From contig NC_010163.1 in the NCBI RefSeq assembly GCF_000018785.1, positions 870,001-902,000 on the forward strand: a stretch of 32,000 nt of DNA, written 5' to 3'. The notes under the pieces are model-generated. The model did not search any database and had not been told where the DNA came from. It worked only from the letters and a program-made list of their open reading frames with translations. Position 1 is the stretch's first letter. Each line of letters opens with the position of its first letter. A program made the translations under genes and the position numbers. Positions 8,164-17,425 of this stretch are shown here, in pieces. This stretch comes from Acholeplasma laidlawii PG-8A (lineage in GTDB: Bacteria > Bacillota_I > Bacilli_A > Acholeplasmatales > Acholeplasmataceae).

Positions 8164-9926
8164 ACTAACCCCTCCCCTAATTGATGTTTTACAAGCAATT
8201 GATAAATCTCATTTGTTTTTAATAGTTCTTCGTGTGTACCTTGAGCAGCTATTCTACCATTATCAATAATAAGTATTAAATCTGCATCTTTGATAGAAGA
8301 TACACGTTGAGCAACAATAATTTTAGTTGTATCTTTAAGATGTGTTGTAATAGCAAATCTTAAGTTTTTATCTGTTCTATAATCCAGAGCAGATGAAGCA
8401 TCATCTAAAATTAAGAGTTTAGGATTGCTGGCAACAGCTCTGGCAATTAATAGTCTTTGACGTTGTCCACCTGAAATATTGGTACCACGTTGAGCAATTT
8501 CATAGTTATAAGTTTCTGGTATATCATCAATAAAGTCTGCTTGAGCAATTTCTTTTGCCATCTTTACTTGATTTGCATCAACTCCTGGTCTAGAAAATGC
8601 GATATTTTCGTGAATCGTATCCGAAAAGACTGAGTCATTTTGTAACACCAAACCAACATGTCTACGTAATTCATCACGGTTGATATTTTTAATGTCTTCT
8701 CCAAATACTTTAATCACACCTTTTTGAGGATCATAAAAGCGCATAATCAAGTTAATAATTGTAGTTTTACCACTACCTGTAGCTCCAATGATACCTAATG
8801 TTTGTCCCTTTGAAATTTTAAATGTAATATCTTCTAGGTGTGATTCTTTACCTTGGTATGAAAAATCTACATGATCAAATTCTAAATGGACTTCATCATT
8901 CATTACTAGCGGCAAATTACCATCAACCATCTGAGTTTCCATATTTAGAACTTCTACAATACGCTCAGCTGATGCAGCAGCTTTTGACATTCTAATAAAT
9001 ATACGTGTTAAAGATGCCATTGAGTTTAATATGATTGTAAAGTAAGTAATTAACGCTAAGATTTGACCTACCTTTGTAGCACCATCAGCAACTCTATATG
9101 CACCAAAGATGAGGACAATGACCAATCCAACATTCATTACGACACTAATAATAGGGCTAATCTTGTTCATAGTAATTGTAGCAATGAGTTCTTTATCTAC
9201 TGCTTTTTTGTTCTCATTCTTAAAACGTTGTTGCTCATAATCTGTCATAGATAGTGCACGCACTACACGTACCCCTGTAATATTTTCTCTTAAGACTCTA
9301 ATAATCTCATCCATTTGAACTTGAATATCTTTATAAAGTGGTTGACCTTTTTTAGAGTATTGCCATACTACAATAGAAATAAGTGGTAACATCGCAATCA
9401 TTACTAAAGTTAGGAGTGGATCCATAAACGCAGACATGATAATCCCACCAATTAATAACATTGGTGCACGTATACCTAATCGTTGTAAGGAACCTACCAT
9501 TTGGAAAATATTATAGGTATCTGATGTAAGTCTTGAAATAAGTGATGATGTTGATATTTCATCCACTTGAGAAGCACTTAACTTTTCAGTTTTATAAAAG
9601 AGCTCATTTCTAACATCTCTAACTGTTAAGCTAGATACTTTTTCTGCAGATCTATTGGCTGATATATTAAAAAACCAACCTAATAGTGCAATTAATAACA
9701 TACCAATACCGGTAAATATAAGTAACCAATAATCTGATGTAGTCACTTCAAATAAAAGTTCATCAATCATATAAGCTAATATAAAAGGCAATAATAAGTC
9801 TGCTCCGGCAGCGAGTGCCTTAACAATAAGTGAATAAATCACTTGACCCTTATATTTGCCCATTTTTCTAAATATAAATAACATGTTTACATAACCTCTG
9901 TTATTTATTTTAACATAATAATTCAA
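8160..9926 (-). CDS. ABC exporter half-transporter (TMD-NBD), the subunit with degenerate Walker B
   Basis: 588 aa. Walker A is GATGSGKTT and the signature is ISGGQRQR. Walker B is LILDDASSALD, with Asp replacing the catalytic Glu. It overlaps its partner by 4 nt. The true start may be ATG 9884 (MLFIFRKMGKY..., with GAGG 10 nt upstream). Confidence 0.88.
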   Translation of the reverse strand: MNYYVKINNRGYVNMLFIFRKMGKYKGQVIYSLIVKALAAGADLLLPFILAYMIDELLFEVTTSDYWLLIFTGIGMLLIALLGWFFNISANRSAEKVSSLTVRDVRNELFYKTEKLSASQVDEISTSSLISRLTSDTYNIFQMVGSLQRLGIRAPMLLIGGIIMSAFMDPLLTLVMIAMLPLISIVVWQYSKKGQPLYKDIQVQMDEIIRVLRENITGVRVVRALSMTDYEQQRFKNENKKAVDKELIATITMNKISPIISVVMNVGLVIVLIFGAYRVADGATKVGQILALITYFTIILNSMASLTRIFIRMSKAAASAERIVEVLNMETQMVDGNLPLVMNDEVHLEFDHVDFSYQGKESHLEDITFKISKGQTLGIIGATGSGKTTIINLIMRFYDPQKGVIKVFGEDIKNINRDELRRHVGLVLQNDSVFSDTIHENIAFSRPGVDANQVKMAKEIAQADFIDDIPETYNYEIAQRGTNISGGQRQRLLIARAVASNPKLLILDDASSALDYRTDKNLRFAITTHLKDTTKIIVAQRVSSIKDADLILIIDNGRIAAQGTHEELLKTNEIYQLLVKHQLGEGLV

Positions 9927-10666
9927 TAAATAACGTAGTTATGATGCAATCTAGCGCTTAATAGTTCATAATTTACAAAATATGAAAAATAAGGTAAATA
10001 AGTAATACCTTCACTCGTAATAACCTTTACAAAAGTAGTACTAAATAGATAATCGTTTGGTAATACTTGAATAATGATATTGTCTAAACCCAGATGAAAT
10101 GGTGTTTCATCTGGTCCAACATATATAGTATCTATTTCTGTTTTTAACGCCACATCCACAATAATTTGAAACAATCTTGGTAAATCATCTTTGATACCTT
10201 CAATACCATACCAGTGGATATGATTTGCTTGTTGTTCTGGATATTCTACATAAAGCCTACCTGCAAAGAATTCATATACGTCATGATGATAGTTTAGTTT
10301 AATATACAACTTATCCATCAAGTAGGTTGCATCAATTTCAGGTAGTTTTAGTATGAGTTCGTATCCATAGTAAGTTTTATCTTGATACTGCTCATTGTGA
10401 TATGTATCAATATACACTTCTTCTATTTGAAACTTAATCGTTTCATCGGCATTATATATGAACGTACTTAAGATCATTTGTTCATCTAAAATATCTTTTT
10501 TAGTAGAAAAATACTTCATGCTGATCGTTTTATCTTGTTCAAATAAAATATAATGCGATTCTGGTACGACTAATATTTCATCCAGTCCCTTTTTGGGTAA
10601 GTATAAATATATAAGTATAGCCACCAAAGTTATCATGATGATACTAAATGTAATGTATTTTCTCAT
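9923..10666 (-). CDS. Hypothetical membrane-anchored protein (N-terminal signal-anchor)
   Basis: 247-aa ORF. A single N-terminal TM (ITFSIIMITLVAILIYLYL) is followed by a Tyr/Glu/Asp-rich soluble domain. It has 4-nt overlaps with both neighbours. No family was recognised. Confidence 0.6.
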   Translation of the reverse strand: MRKYITFSIIMITLVAILIYLYLPKKGLDEILVVPESHYILFEQDKTISMKYFSTKKDILDEQMILSTFIYNADETIKFQIEEVYIDTYHNEQYQDKTYYGYELILKLPEIDATYLMDKLYIKLNYHHDVYEFFAGRLYVEYPEQQANHIHWYGIEGIKDDLPRLFQIIVDVALKTEIDTIYVGPDETPFHLGLDNIIIQVLPNDYLFSTTFVKVITSEGITYLPYFSYFVNYELLSARLHHNYVIY

Positions 10667-11283
10667 ATCGGTGTAATTTCTAATCGCTGATAGTGGGTTG
10701 TTACTACAAAGATCTCAAACCCACCTTTAGCAATTTCAATCCAAAATAAGTAGTTTTTTGCAACCCCATTTGTAATTTTACCTTCACCATAAAGATAAAG
10801 TACCATTTGTGTAGTTGGCTCTATAGAAACTTTAATATCAAAAGTTTCTATATCTTCTGTCTTATTATCATAGACATAGTCCATATTTAAGGAAGCAGTA
10901 AGTCCACTACCAAATACTTTATTATCTTTTTGAGTTTGTAGTTTGACACCACCACTGACCTTTAAGGTGTATGAACTAATTGTCTTCTTACTTGCTTTAT
11001 AATTATATGTAATGGGTGATTTTCCGTTGTTGTAATAACTAAAAAGTGTTTCAGATGTATAAGTAACTTTCATATTTTCTGTGACATAATAATGTTTCCA
11101 TCCAGCAAATTTATTACGCCCTAACTCTTTATAGGCATAATCATAATCTGATGGGGTAAACTCATCTAATAGCTTATTTGTACCTACTTTTGTAAAATCT
11201 TGAAAATCTGCATAACCAAAACTCGTTTGAGTACTTAATGTGATAAGTACAACCAGCAATAAACATATTAACTTAGTTTTCAT
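10663..11283 (-). CDS. Hypothetical secreted beta-rich protein (possible small aerolysin/ETX-MTX2-like fold)
   Basis: 206-aa ORF with a signal peptide (MKTKLICLLLVVLITLSTQTSFGYA). The composition is Ser/Thr/Tyr/Asn-rich. There is an alternating amphipathic stretch TLKVSGGVKLQTQKDNKVFGSGLTASLNMDY. RBS AGGAGG lies 9 nt upstream of the ATG. Confidence 0.6.
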   Translation of the reverse strand: MKTKLICLLLVVLITLSTQTSFGYADFQDFTKVGTNKLLDEFTPSDYDYAYKELGRNKFAGWKHYYVTENMKVTYTSETLFSYYNNGKSPITYNYKASKKTISSYTLKVSGGVKLQTQKDNKVFGSGLTASLNMDYVYDNKTEDIETFDIKVSIEPTTQMVLYLYGEGKITNGVAKNYLFWIEIAKGGFEIFVVTTHYQRLEITPI

Positions 11284-11317
11284 TAAAAAAATCCTCCTAC
11301 TTTATAGTAGAAGGATT
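11284..11317 (-). terminator. Intrinsic terminator after the M24B peptidase, overlapping the SD of the next gene
   Basis: On the minus strand: AATCCTTCTACT, loop ATAA, AGTAGGAGGATT, then TTTTTTT, then AATG. The 3' arm contains the AGGAGG SD of the 10663-11283 gene. Confidence 0.65.
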
Positions 11318-11332
11318 CCTTAATTTTGACTT

Positions 11333-12589
11333 TTATTTCATGAAAGCTTCGATATCTTTAACTTCTTTAATGATATCACTTGATAAATTGATACATCCAT
11401 CTTCAGTTAATAACAGATCATCTTCAATACGGATACCAATACCCTCTTCTGCAATATAAAGTCCTGGTTCAACCGTAATGACTTGACCGACTTTAAATGG
11501 TTTTGTAGGATCTCCTACATCATGTACATCAAGGCCAAGTGGATGTCCTAAGCCATGATAGTAATATTTAATGATTTCAGCATCTTCTTTAATTAATCCT
11601 AAATCTTTAGCTGCCTGAGTTAAGAGTTCTTTACCTTTTTGATTGTATTCAAATTGAGTAACACCCGCTTTAACCCAGTTAATGATGTCCTTATTAACTT
11701 TAAGCACTGCCTCATACACTTCTTTTTGGCGTGGACTAAATTTCCCACTTGCAGGATAAGTTCTCGTAATATCAGATGCGTATTGATTGTATCTTACACC
11801 TAAGTCTAATAATACTAAATCGTCTTCATGAATCGTATCATTATTCTTTTCATAGTGAAGAATTGTTCCATTTTTACCACTTGCAATAATTTCATTAAAA
11901 CTTGGTTTAGTTTGATTTTTATTTAAAACATAATTAAATTCAGCATAAAGGTCCGCTTCATTTGTAGCTGTTTTAAGTGCATTTAATAGTGCAGTATTTG
12001 CTAGATTAGATACATGAATTGCACCTTTAATGGCTGCAACCTCACTGCTATCTTTACTACTTCTTAAATCAGCAATCATACCTTGTGCATTTTTAATATT
12101 AATATGTGGGTATGTTTTACTAAATTCACTTGCTTTTTTCTCACCAAGTAGTGGATTATCCATTGGACTTTGACGTTCAATATCAAAATACACTTTATCT
12201 ACTGTACCAAATAGTGCACGTCTTGTTTGAGTTAATAGTTGGGCAAAGAAACTGTCAAACTGTGCAATATCAATAATATTAGATAATGGAATACCTGATA
12301 ACTTACTTGCTTCTTCAAAACTTAAGGAAGCGCCTACCCATAATGCTTCTACTGGATCAATTTTTTTGATAAATAAATAACTATCTGTTAAGTGAGGTGA
12401 TTTACCCATAAGTAAAACAGCACCTGCTTGGTCAATATTTGTTAAGTACCAAAAGTTTTTATTGACCATAAATGGATAATAAGAATCATTTGATAAATGT
12501 GGTGCATGTCCTGCATACAATACAGTTAAACTATTTTCTTCAACTTGATTTAAATAATTGTTTCTACGTGTCTTAAACATATGTAACAC
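11333..12589 (-). CDS. Xaa-Pro aminopeptidase/dipeptidase (M24B family)
   Basis: 418 aa. The metal-ligand motifs DLGVRYNQYASDITRT, HGLGHPLGLDVHD, VEPGLY and IRIEDD are present. Confidence 0.88.
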   Translation of the reverse strand: MLHMFKTRRNNYLNQVEENSLTVLYAGHAPHLSNDSYYPFMVNKNFWYLTNIDQAGAVLLMGKSPHLTDSYLFIKKIDPVEALWVGASLSFEEASKLSGIPLSNIIDIAQFDSFFAQLLTQTRRALFGTVDKVYFDIERQSPMDNPLLGEKKASEFSKTYPHINIKNAQGMIADLRSSKDSSEVAAIKGAIHVSNLANTALLNALKTATNEADLYAEFNYVLNKNQTKPSFNEIIASGKNGTILHYEKNNDTIHEDDLVLLDLGVRYNQYASDITRTYPASGKFSPRQKEVYEAVLKVNKDIINWVKAGVTQFEYNQKGKELLTQAAKDLGLIKEDAEIIKYYYHGLGHPLGLDVHDVGDPTKPFKVGQVITVEPGLYIAEEGIGIRIEDDLLLTEDGCINLSSDIIKEVKDIEAFMK

Positions 12590-12596
12590 TCCTTAT

Positions 12597-14231
12597 TTAT
12601 ATCTGATTTATAAACGCCATAATGGCTGTTTTTAAATCGCTAATTTTTTGTTTAGATGCTGCATGACTCGTCGTTTTAACTGAGATATAAATCTTTAATT
12701 TAGGCTCAGTACCACTTGGTCTAAAGATAATAAAGCCTTGATCACTTTCAAACTTCAATACATTAGATGGCGGTAGTACAATATCATGAGGATGTATCAT
12801 ACCTTTACTAAAGTCAATTTTCTTTTTAACTTCAAAGCCATCAATTTTGATACCATGTAGTCTAACATAGTCCGTAATTTGGATAATACGTTTAGATCCT
12901 TCAATACCTTTTAAAGTTAAATTGATGGTGTCTTCAAGATAATATCCGAATATATGATAAATTTCGTCTAAATAGTCTTTAACAGTAAGATTTCTAGATT
13001 TTAAAGTATTTAGTATTTCAGCCAATAAGTATACTGCTTGAACAGCATCTTTATCTCTTACAAAATCAGATACTAAACTACCATAGGATTCTTCACATCC
13101 GAAGATGTAAGGTAGTTTACCTTGATTTTTTTCTGCTTGTTCACCAATAAATTTAAAACCTGTCAAAGTTTCTCCAACCTTTTGGTTGTATTTATGTGCA
13201 ATATCTTTAAGTAAATGAGATGATACTACCGTTGTATAAACAATACCTGAAGGTTGCTTCTTTTCACTTAAGATGTAATATAACATCATCGATGCTGTTT
13301 GATTACCATTTAAAATGTGATAGTCATCATTTAGTTTATATGCAACACCCAATCTATCAGCATCTGGGTCTGTAACAAAGATGACATCTGCATCTTTTTT
13401 TCTAGCAAGCTCAATCGTTTTTTCATAAGCGATATGATCTTCTGGGTTTGATGATTTCGTATGACTAAATTCAGGGTCTACCTTCATTTGATTTGGTTCC
13501 CTATAAACGGTGTAACCTGTCTTATCAAGGAGTTTTGGTATCACAGTACCACCAGTTCCGTGAAGTGGTGAGTAAACGATTTTTAAGTCTTTTTCATCAT
13601 GTCTTACAGCTATTTTTTCTACTTCATTTAAGTAAATATCATCAATTTCATCACCGATCCAGTGAATGAGGTCATTATCTAGCGTACCAATATGAAATGG
13701 TGATGCAATCTTACTAATTTCTTCAATGACTTTATTAGATTCATCGGTTGATAACTGTGCACCTGTATCATTATATGCTTTAAATCCATTATATTCTTTT
13801 GGATTATGAGATGCTGTTAACATGATACCTGCTGAAGTTTTAAAGTGTCTGACTAAATAACTTAACATTGGGGTAGGTCTTAATGCTTTATAGATATAAG
13901 ATTTAATACCATTAAATGCTAGTACTTTTGCAGCTTCGTATGCAAATTCATAAGAACCATAACGATTATCATATGAAATAGCTACACCATTTAATTTATG
14001 TTCACTTTTTAAGTAATTCGCAAATCCTAATGTTACACGTTGAATCGTATATTTATTAATACGATTTGGTCCTAAACCTAAAATACCTCTGATACCACCT
14101 GTTCCAAAGCTTAATTCTTGGTAAAAAGATTCTTCTTTTTCTTTTTCATCCATGGAAAGTAGTGTTTGTTTTTCTTTTTCTGATAAGGCATTTCCATTTA
14201 ACCAAATCTTATAATTATCTTGATATGTCAT
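12597..14231 (-). CDS. Alpha-D-phosphohexomutase (phosphoglucomutase/phosphomannomutase)
   Basis: 544 aa. It has the phosphoserine loop TASHNPKEYNGFK, the Mg loop FVTDPDADRLGV, the sugar loop GCEESYG and the phosphate loop RPSGTEPKLKIY. Confidence 0.92.
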   Translation of the reverse strand: MTYQDNYKIWLNGNALSEKEKQTLLSMDEKEKEESFYQELSFGTGGIRGILGLGPNRINKYTIQRVTLGFANYLKSEHKLNGVAISYDNRYGSYEFAYEAAKVLAFNGIKSYIYKALRPTPMLSYLVRHFKTSAGIMLTASHNPKEYNGFKAYNDTGAQLSTDESNKVIEEISKIASPFHIGTLDNDLIHWIGDEIDDIYLNEVEKIAVRHDEKDLKIVYSPLHGTGGTVIPKLLDKTGYTVYREPNQMKVDPEFSHTKSSNPEDHIAYEKTIELARKKDADVIFVTDPDADRLGVAYKLNDDYHILNGNQTASMMLYYILSEKKQPSGIVYTTVVSSHLLKDIAHKYNQKVGETLTGFKFIGEQAEKNQGKLPYIFGCEESYGSLVSDFVRDKDAVQAVYLLAEILNTLKSRNLTVKDYLDEIYHIFGYYLEDTINLTLKGIEGSKRIIQITDYVRLHGIKIDGFEVKKKIDFSKGMIHPHDIVLPPSNVLKFESDQGFIIFRPSGTEPKLKIYISVKTTSHAASKQKISDLKTAIMAFINQI

Positions 14232-14246
14232 ATTTCATATCCCCTA

Positions 14247-14990
14247 TTACTTTATATTTTTCTTATAGATATTAAGTAATCCTTTTAATACAAGCTCTTT
14301 ATCTTGCTTAATATCTAACCTAATGTGTTCTAAGATTAAACTAGATAGGCCACCAGTGATGATTACATCAAAATCTTCGCCTACCTCTTCTCTAATACGG
14401 CCAAACATACCTTCAATCATAACAATAGTCCCGTAGACAACACCTGATTGAATACAGTGAATCGTATTATTGCCTAAATATTTTTTAGGTACTTTAATAT
14501 CCACTTCATGTAAGAGTGCAGTATTTCCATCTAGCGCATGAATCGATAGTTGAAGACCTGGTGCAATAATAACACCAGTTATCATTTGGTTTTTTACATA
14601 GATTAATTTGTTGGCAGTACCTAAGTCTATAATCAGTGTTGGATGTGGGTTATCTAAACCTGCAGCATTTGCGATTAAGTCTGCACCAACTTCTCTAGGG
14701 TTATCTGCTTTGACAAAAATACCAGTTTTTGTGCCTGGTTCAATAACGACTGGTTTTAGTTTTAAATATTTTTCAGTTAATGCAATTAAAGCTTGTGTAA
14801 CAAGCGGTACGACTGAACCAATAATAACGCCAGTAATGACATTTGGATCAATAAAAGATTTTAATGTGACAAAATATTCATCCGGTGATTTATGGATATC
14901 GGTATTCATTCTAAATGTCTCATCAATGTTTGTACCATTGGATAAACCTGTATAAATACTAGTATTACCTACATCAAATAATATAATCAT
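14247..14990 (-). CDS. coaX: Type III pantothenate kinase
   Basis: 247 aa. ASKHA-fold motifs LFDVGNTS, REVGADLIANA and IIDLGTA are present, with the family-typical length. Confidence 0.88.
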   Translation of the reverse strand: MIILFDVGNTSIYTGLSNGTNIDETFRMNTDIHKSPDEYFVTLKSFIDPNVITGVIIGSVVPLVTQALIALTEKYLKLKPVVIEPGTKTGIFVKADNPREVGADLIANAAGLDNPHPTLIIDLGTANKLIYVKNQMITGVIIAPGLQLSIHALDGNTALLHEVDIKVPKKYLGNNTIHCIQSGVVYGTIVMIEGMFGRIREEVGEDFDVIITGGLSSLILEHIRLDIKQDKELVLKGLLNIYKKNIK

Positions 14991-15006
14991 ATTTTTTAAC
15001 CTCTTA

Positions 15007-15630
15007 TTATATTTTACCTTGTTTTTTCCATTTTATATAAAATGGATTGTTTTTACGTTCATTTCTTATTGTTGAAGCATCATCATGGCCAGGTTTAATG
15101 ATGATATTGTCATTTAGATCATCAATAAGCTTTAATACACTGCGTTTTAAATCAAATAAGTTGCCACTATATAAATCATGTCTACCGACACTTTCTTTAA
15201 AAAGTGTATCACCTGTAAATATATATTTTTGATATAAAAACGAAACAGAACCTTTTGTATGTCCTGGTGTATGAAAAACAACCACCTCATGATCTGCCAG
15301 TGGAATTTTTACTTGATCTTCAATCGTTTGAATGTTTAGTTGTTTACGTACATATGGTCTTGGATTATCTTTTGAATACCCATTATATTTATCTTCGAAA
15401 AGTAATGCTGCATCATCACTGTGCACATAAATTGGCACATTAAATAGATGAATAAGTGATGTATGATCACTATGAGCATGTGTAAGTAGGATGCCATCAA
15501 GTATCTGGTCTCCTAATTTAGATTCTATTTCACTATAATTTATATTGGGATCAATTAATAAACAATGACCAAATCTACAAATCATGTATGCATGAGCATA
15601 TGATTCATTACCGTTAAATGTATATATCAT
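15007..15630 (-). CDS. MBL-fold metallo-hydrolase (glyoxalase II-like)
   Basis: 207 aa. It has the LTHAHSDH (HxHxDH) motif, a downstream HTPGHT, and GD..F. Confidence 0.85.
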   Translation of the reverse strand: MIYTFNGNESYAHAYMICRFGHCLLIDPNINYSEIESKLGDQILDGILLTHAHSDHTSLIHLFNVPIYVHSDDAALLFEDKYNGYSKDNPRPYVRKQLNIQTIEDQVKIPLADHEVVVFHTPGHTKGSVSFLYQKYIFTGDTLFKESVGRHDLYSGNLFDLKRSVLKLIDDLNDNIIIKPGHDDASTIRNERKNNPFYIKWKKQGKI

Positions 15631-15667
15631 GTCTTATAAATAGAAAAAAAACTATACTAAAGATAGT

Positions 15668-15817
15668 TTATTTCTTTTCTCTATGAAGCGTATACTTTCT
15701 TGTACGTGGGCAATACTTACTCATTTCCAAACGATCTGGTGTTGTCTTTTTATTCTTAGTTGTGTGATAGTTCTCATCGCCACATTCTGTACAAACTAAT
15801 TTTACTAATTCACGCAT
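15668..15817 (-). CDS. rpmG: 50S ribosomal protein L33 (not in the supplied ORF track)
   Basis: Translated by hand: [49 protein letters not shown] (49 aa). It has the CxxC...CP zinc-ribbon L33 signature. RBS GGAGGGAT lies 5 nt upstream of the ATG. Confidence 0.93.
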   Translation of the reverse strand: MRELVKLVCTECGDENYHTTKNKKTTPDRLEMSKYCPRTRKYTLHREKK

Positions 15818-15845
15818 GAATCATCCCTCCAAACTTGCAATATTA

Positions 15846-15874
15846 AGTATAACAAAATTAAATAGATTTATCAA
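15846..15874 (-). promoter_or_regulatory. Candidate promoter of rpmG
   Basis: On the minus strand: TTGATA (15874-15869), a 17-nt spacer, then TATACT (15851-15846). Confidence 0.5.
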
Positions 15875-15889
15875 CTTAAAAATATATAT

Positions 15890-17425
15890 TTATGATAAAT
15901 GAATTTCATAGTCACATATTTCTTCATAAAATGATTTTTCATGTGAAACTAAAATAACGGTTCCTGGATATTTTATCAAAGCTTCTTTTAAAACAAGCTT
16001 CGCATGCTTATCTAAATGATTTGTAGGCTCATCAAGAATAATTACGTTAGATTTATGTGTTCTTGTCAGTGCAAACTTCACCTTTGTTTTTTCACCACCA
16101 GAGAGCGTTCCAAGCGCTCTAGAGGCCATATCAAAGGTAATACCAAACTGTGCTAGAATCGATAAAATATCTTTTCTATCAAGTTCTGGGTTTTCATGAT
16201 GCACTAATTCAAATGGTGTATATTTATCCTCTAGATTAATATCTTGTTCATAATATAATATTTGTGTATTATCAATCCAGTCAAAGCTGCCTTCAAGTGG
16301 TGGGATAATACCCATTAAGGTTTTAATCATGGTCGATTTACCAACTCCGTTTTTACCTGTTATAGCAACTTTCTCACCTTTTCTTACAATGAACTCGATA
16401 GGTTCTACTAAAGGTGTTTCATAGCCAATACTTAAGTCTTTAACCTTTAATACTTCTCTACCAACTGAATTACCATATAAAAACTCAATATGGATCTTTT
16501 TATCAAGCACTGGTTTGTGCACTCTAACAAGTTTTTTTAGCATTTTACGTCTTGATTGTGCCATTTTTGTTGTTGAAGCGCGTACAATGTTACGCTTGAT
16601 ATAATCTTCTGTTTTTTCAATAAACTTTTGTTGGGCTTGATATGTTTTTTGTTGTGTCTGAACACGTAATTGATGTTCATTTAAATAAAACTCGAAATTA
16701 CCTTTATATCTTAATATCGTTTTACCTTCTACCGCAAATACAGTTGTAGCAATCTGTCTTAAGAAATACTCATCATGACTCACAACGATAAAAGCTTTAT
16801 TAAATCCATTTAAAAACTTAATTAACCAGTCTATATGTTTGATATCTAAAAAGTTTGTTGGTTCGTCTAATAATAAAACATCACAATCTTCTAAGAGTAG
16901 CTTACCTAAAATAATTTTAGCGCGCATACCACCAGATAATGTTTTAATTTGTTGGTCTAATACTTCCATATTTAGACCCAAACCATTGATAATATTGGAA
17001 ATAGTGGATGAAATCGCATAAAAGTTATCCTTTTGTAATTCTTCTTCTAAACGATGTGCTCTGTTTAAAATTTTATCGTAATCTTTTGGATCAGCTGTCC
17101 CAATAGATTCATATAAGGTTTGAATGAGCTCTTCTTTTTCAAATAATGGCAAGAATACATCATATAAGTACGATTTAACTGTAAGTTTATCATCGATTTT
17201 GGCATATTGGTCAAGATAACCTACCTTTTGCCCACTCAGCCAAGAAACCTCACCTTTATCCGGTGAAAGATTTTTACTTAGTATTTTTAATAAGGTAGAT
17301 TTACCCGCACCATTTTTACCTACTAATACAGCGTGTTCACCTTCAAAAAGACGCAAATTAGCGTCTTCATAAAGTAAATCATTGTCATATGAAAATGTTA
17401 AATTTGTAACATCAAGTAAACTCAT
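15890..17425 (-). CDS. ABC-F family ATPase (tandem NBDs, no TMD; translation-associated class)
   Basis: 511 aa. Two Walker A motifs (GKNGAGKST, GKNGVGKST) and two signatures (LSGGMRAK, LSGGEKTK) are present. A Gln/Lys/Arg-rich inter-domain linker joins the NBDs, and there are no hydrophobic helices. Confidence 0.9.
   Translation of the reverse strand: MSLLDVTNLTFSYDNDLLYEDANLRLFEGEHAVLVGKNGAGKSTLLKILSKNLSPDKGEVSWLSGQKVGYLDQYAKIDDKLTVKSYLYDVFLPLFEKEELIQTLYESIGTADPKDYDKILNRAHRLEEELQKDNFYAISSTISNIINGLGLNMEVLDQQIKTLSGGMRAKIILGKLLLEDCDVLLLDEPTNFLDIKHIDWLIKFLNGFNKAFIVVSHDEYFLRQIATTVFAVEGKTILRYKGNFEFYLNEHQLRVQTQQKTYQAQQKFIEKTEDYIKRNIVRASTTKMAQSRRKMLKKLVRVHKPVLDKKIHIEFLYGNSVGREVLKVKDLSIGYETPLVEPIEFIVRKGEKVAITGKNGVGKSTMIKTLMGIIPPLEGSFDWIDNTQILYYEQDINLEDKYTPFELVHHENPELDRKDILSILAQFGITFDMASRALGTLSGGEKTKVKFALTRTHKSNVIILDEPTNHLDKHAKLVLKEALIKYPGTVILVSHEKSFYEEICDYEIHLS

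Noticed and set aside
14608-14955. 115-aa plus-strand ORF inside coaX, and similar antisense ORFs at 554-763, 9063-9254, 15047-15232, 15255-15443, 16839-17021, 17473-17712, 18328-18519 and 30422-30631
   Set aside because: All are fully embedded antisense in well-supported genes. They lack SD sequences, and their compositions are typical of the reverse frame of AT-rich coding DNA.
15641-15670. Weak hairpin AAACTAT/ATAGTTT after rpmG as a terminator
   Set aside because: The stem is only 7 bp and entirely A/T, and it overlaps the stop codon. The T-run is present, but the stem stability is too low to call. rpmG may be co-transcribed with the downstream MBL hydrolase.
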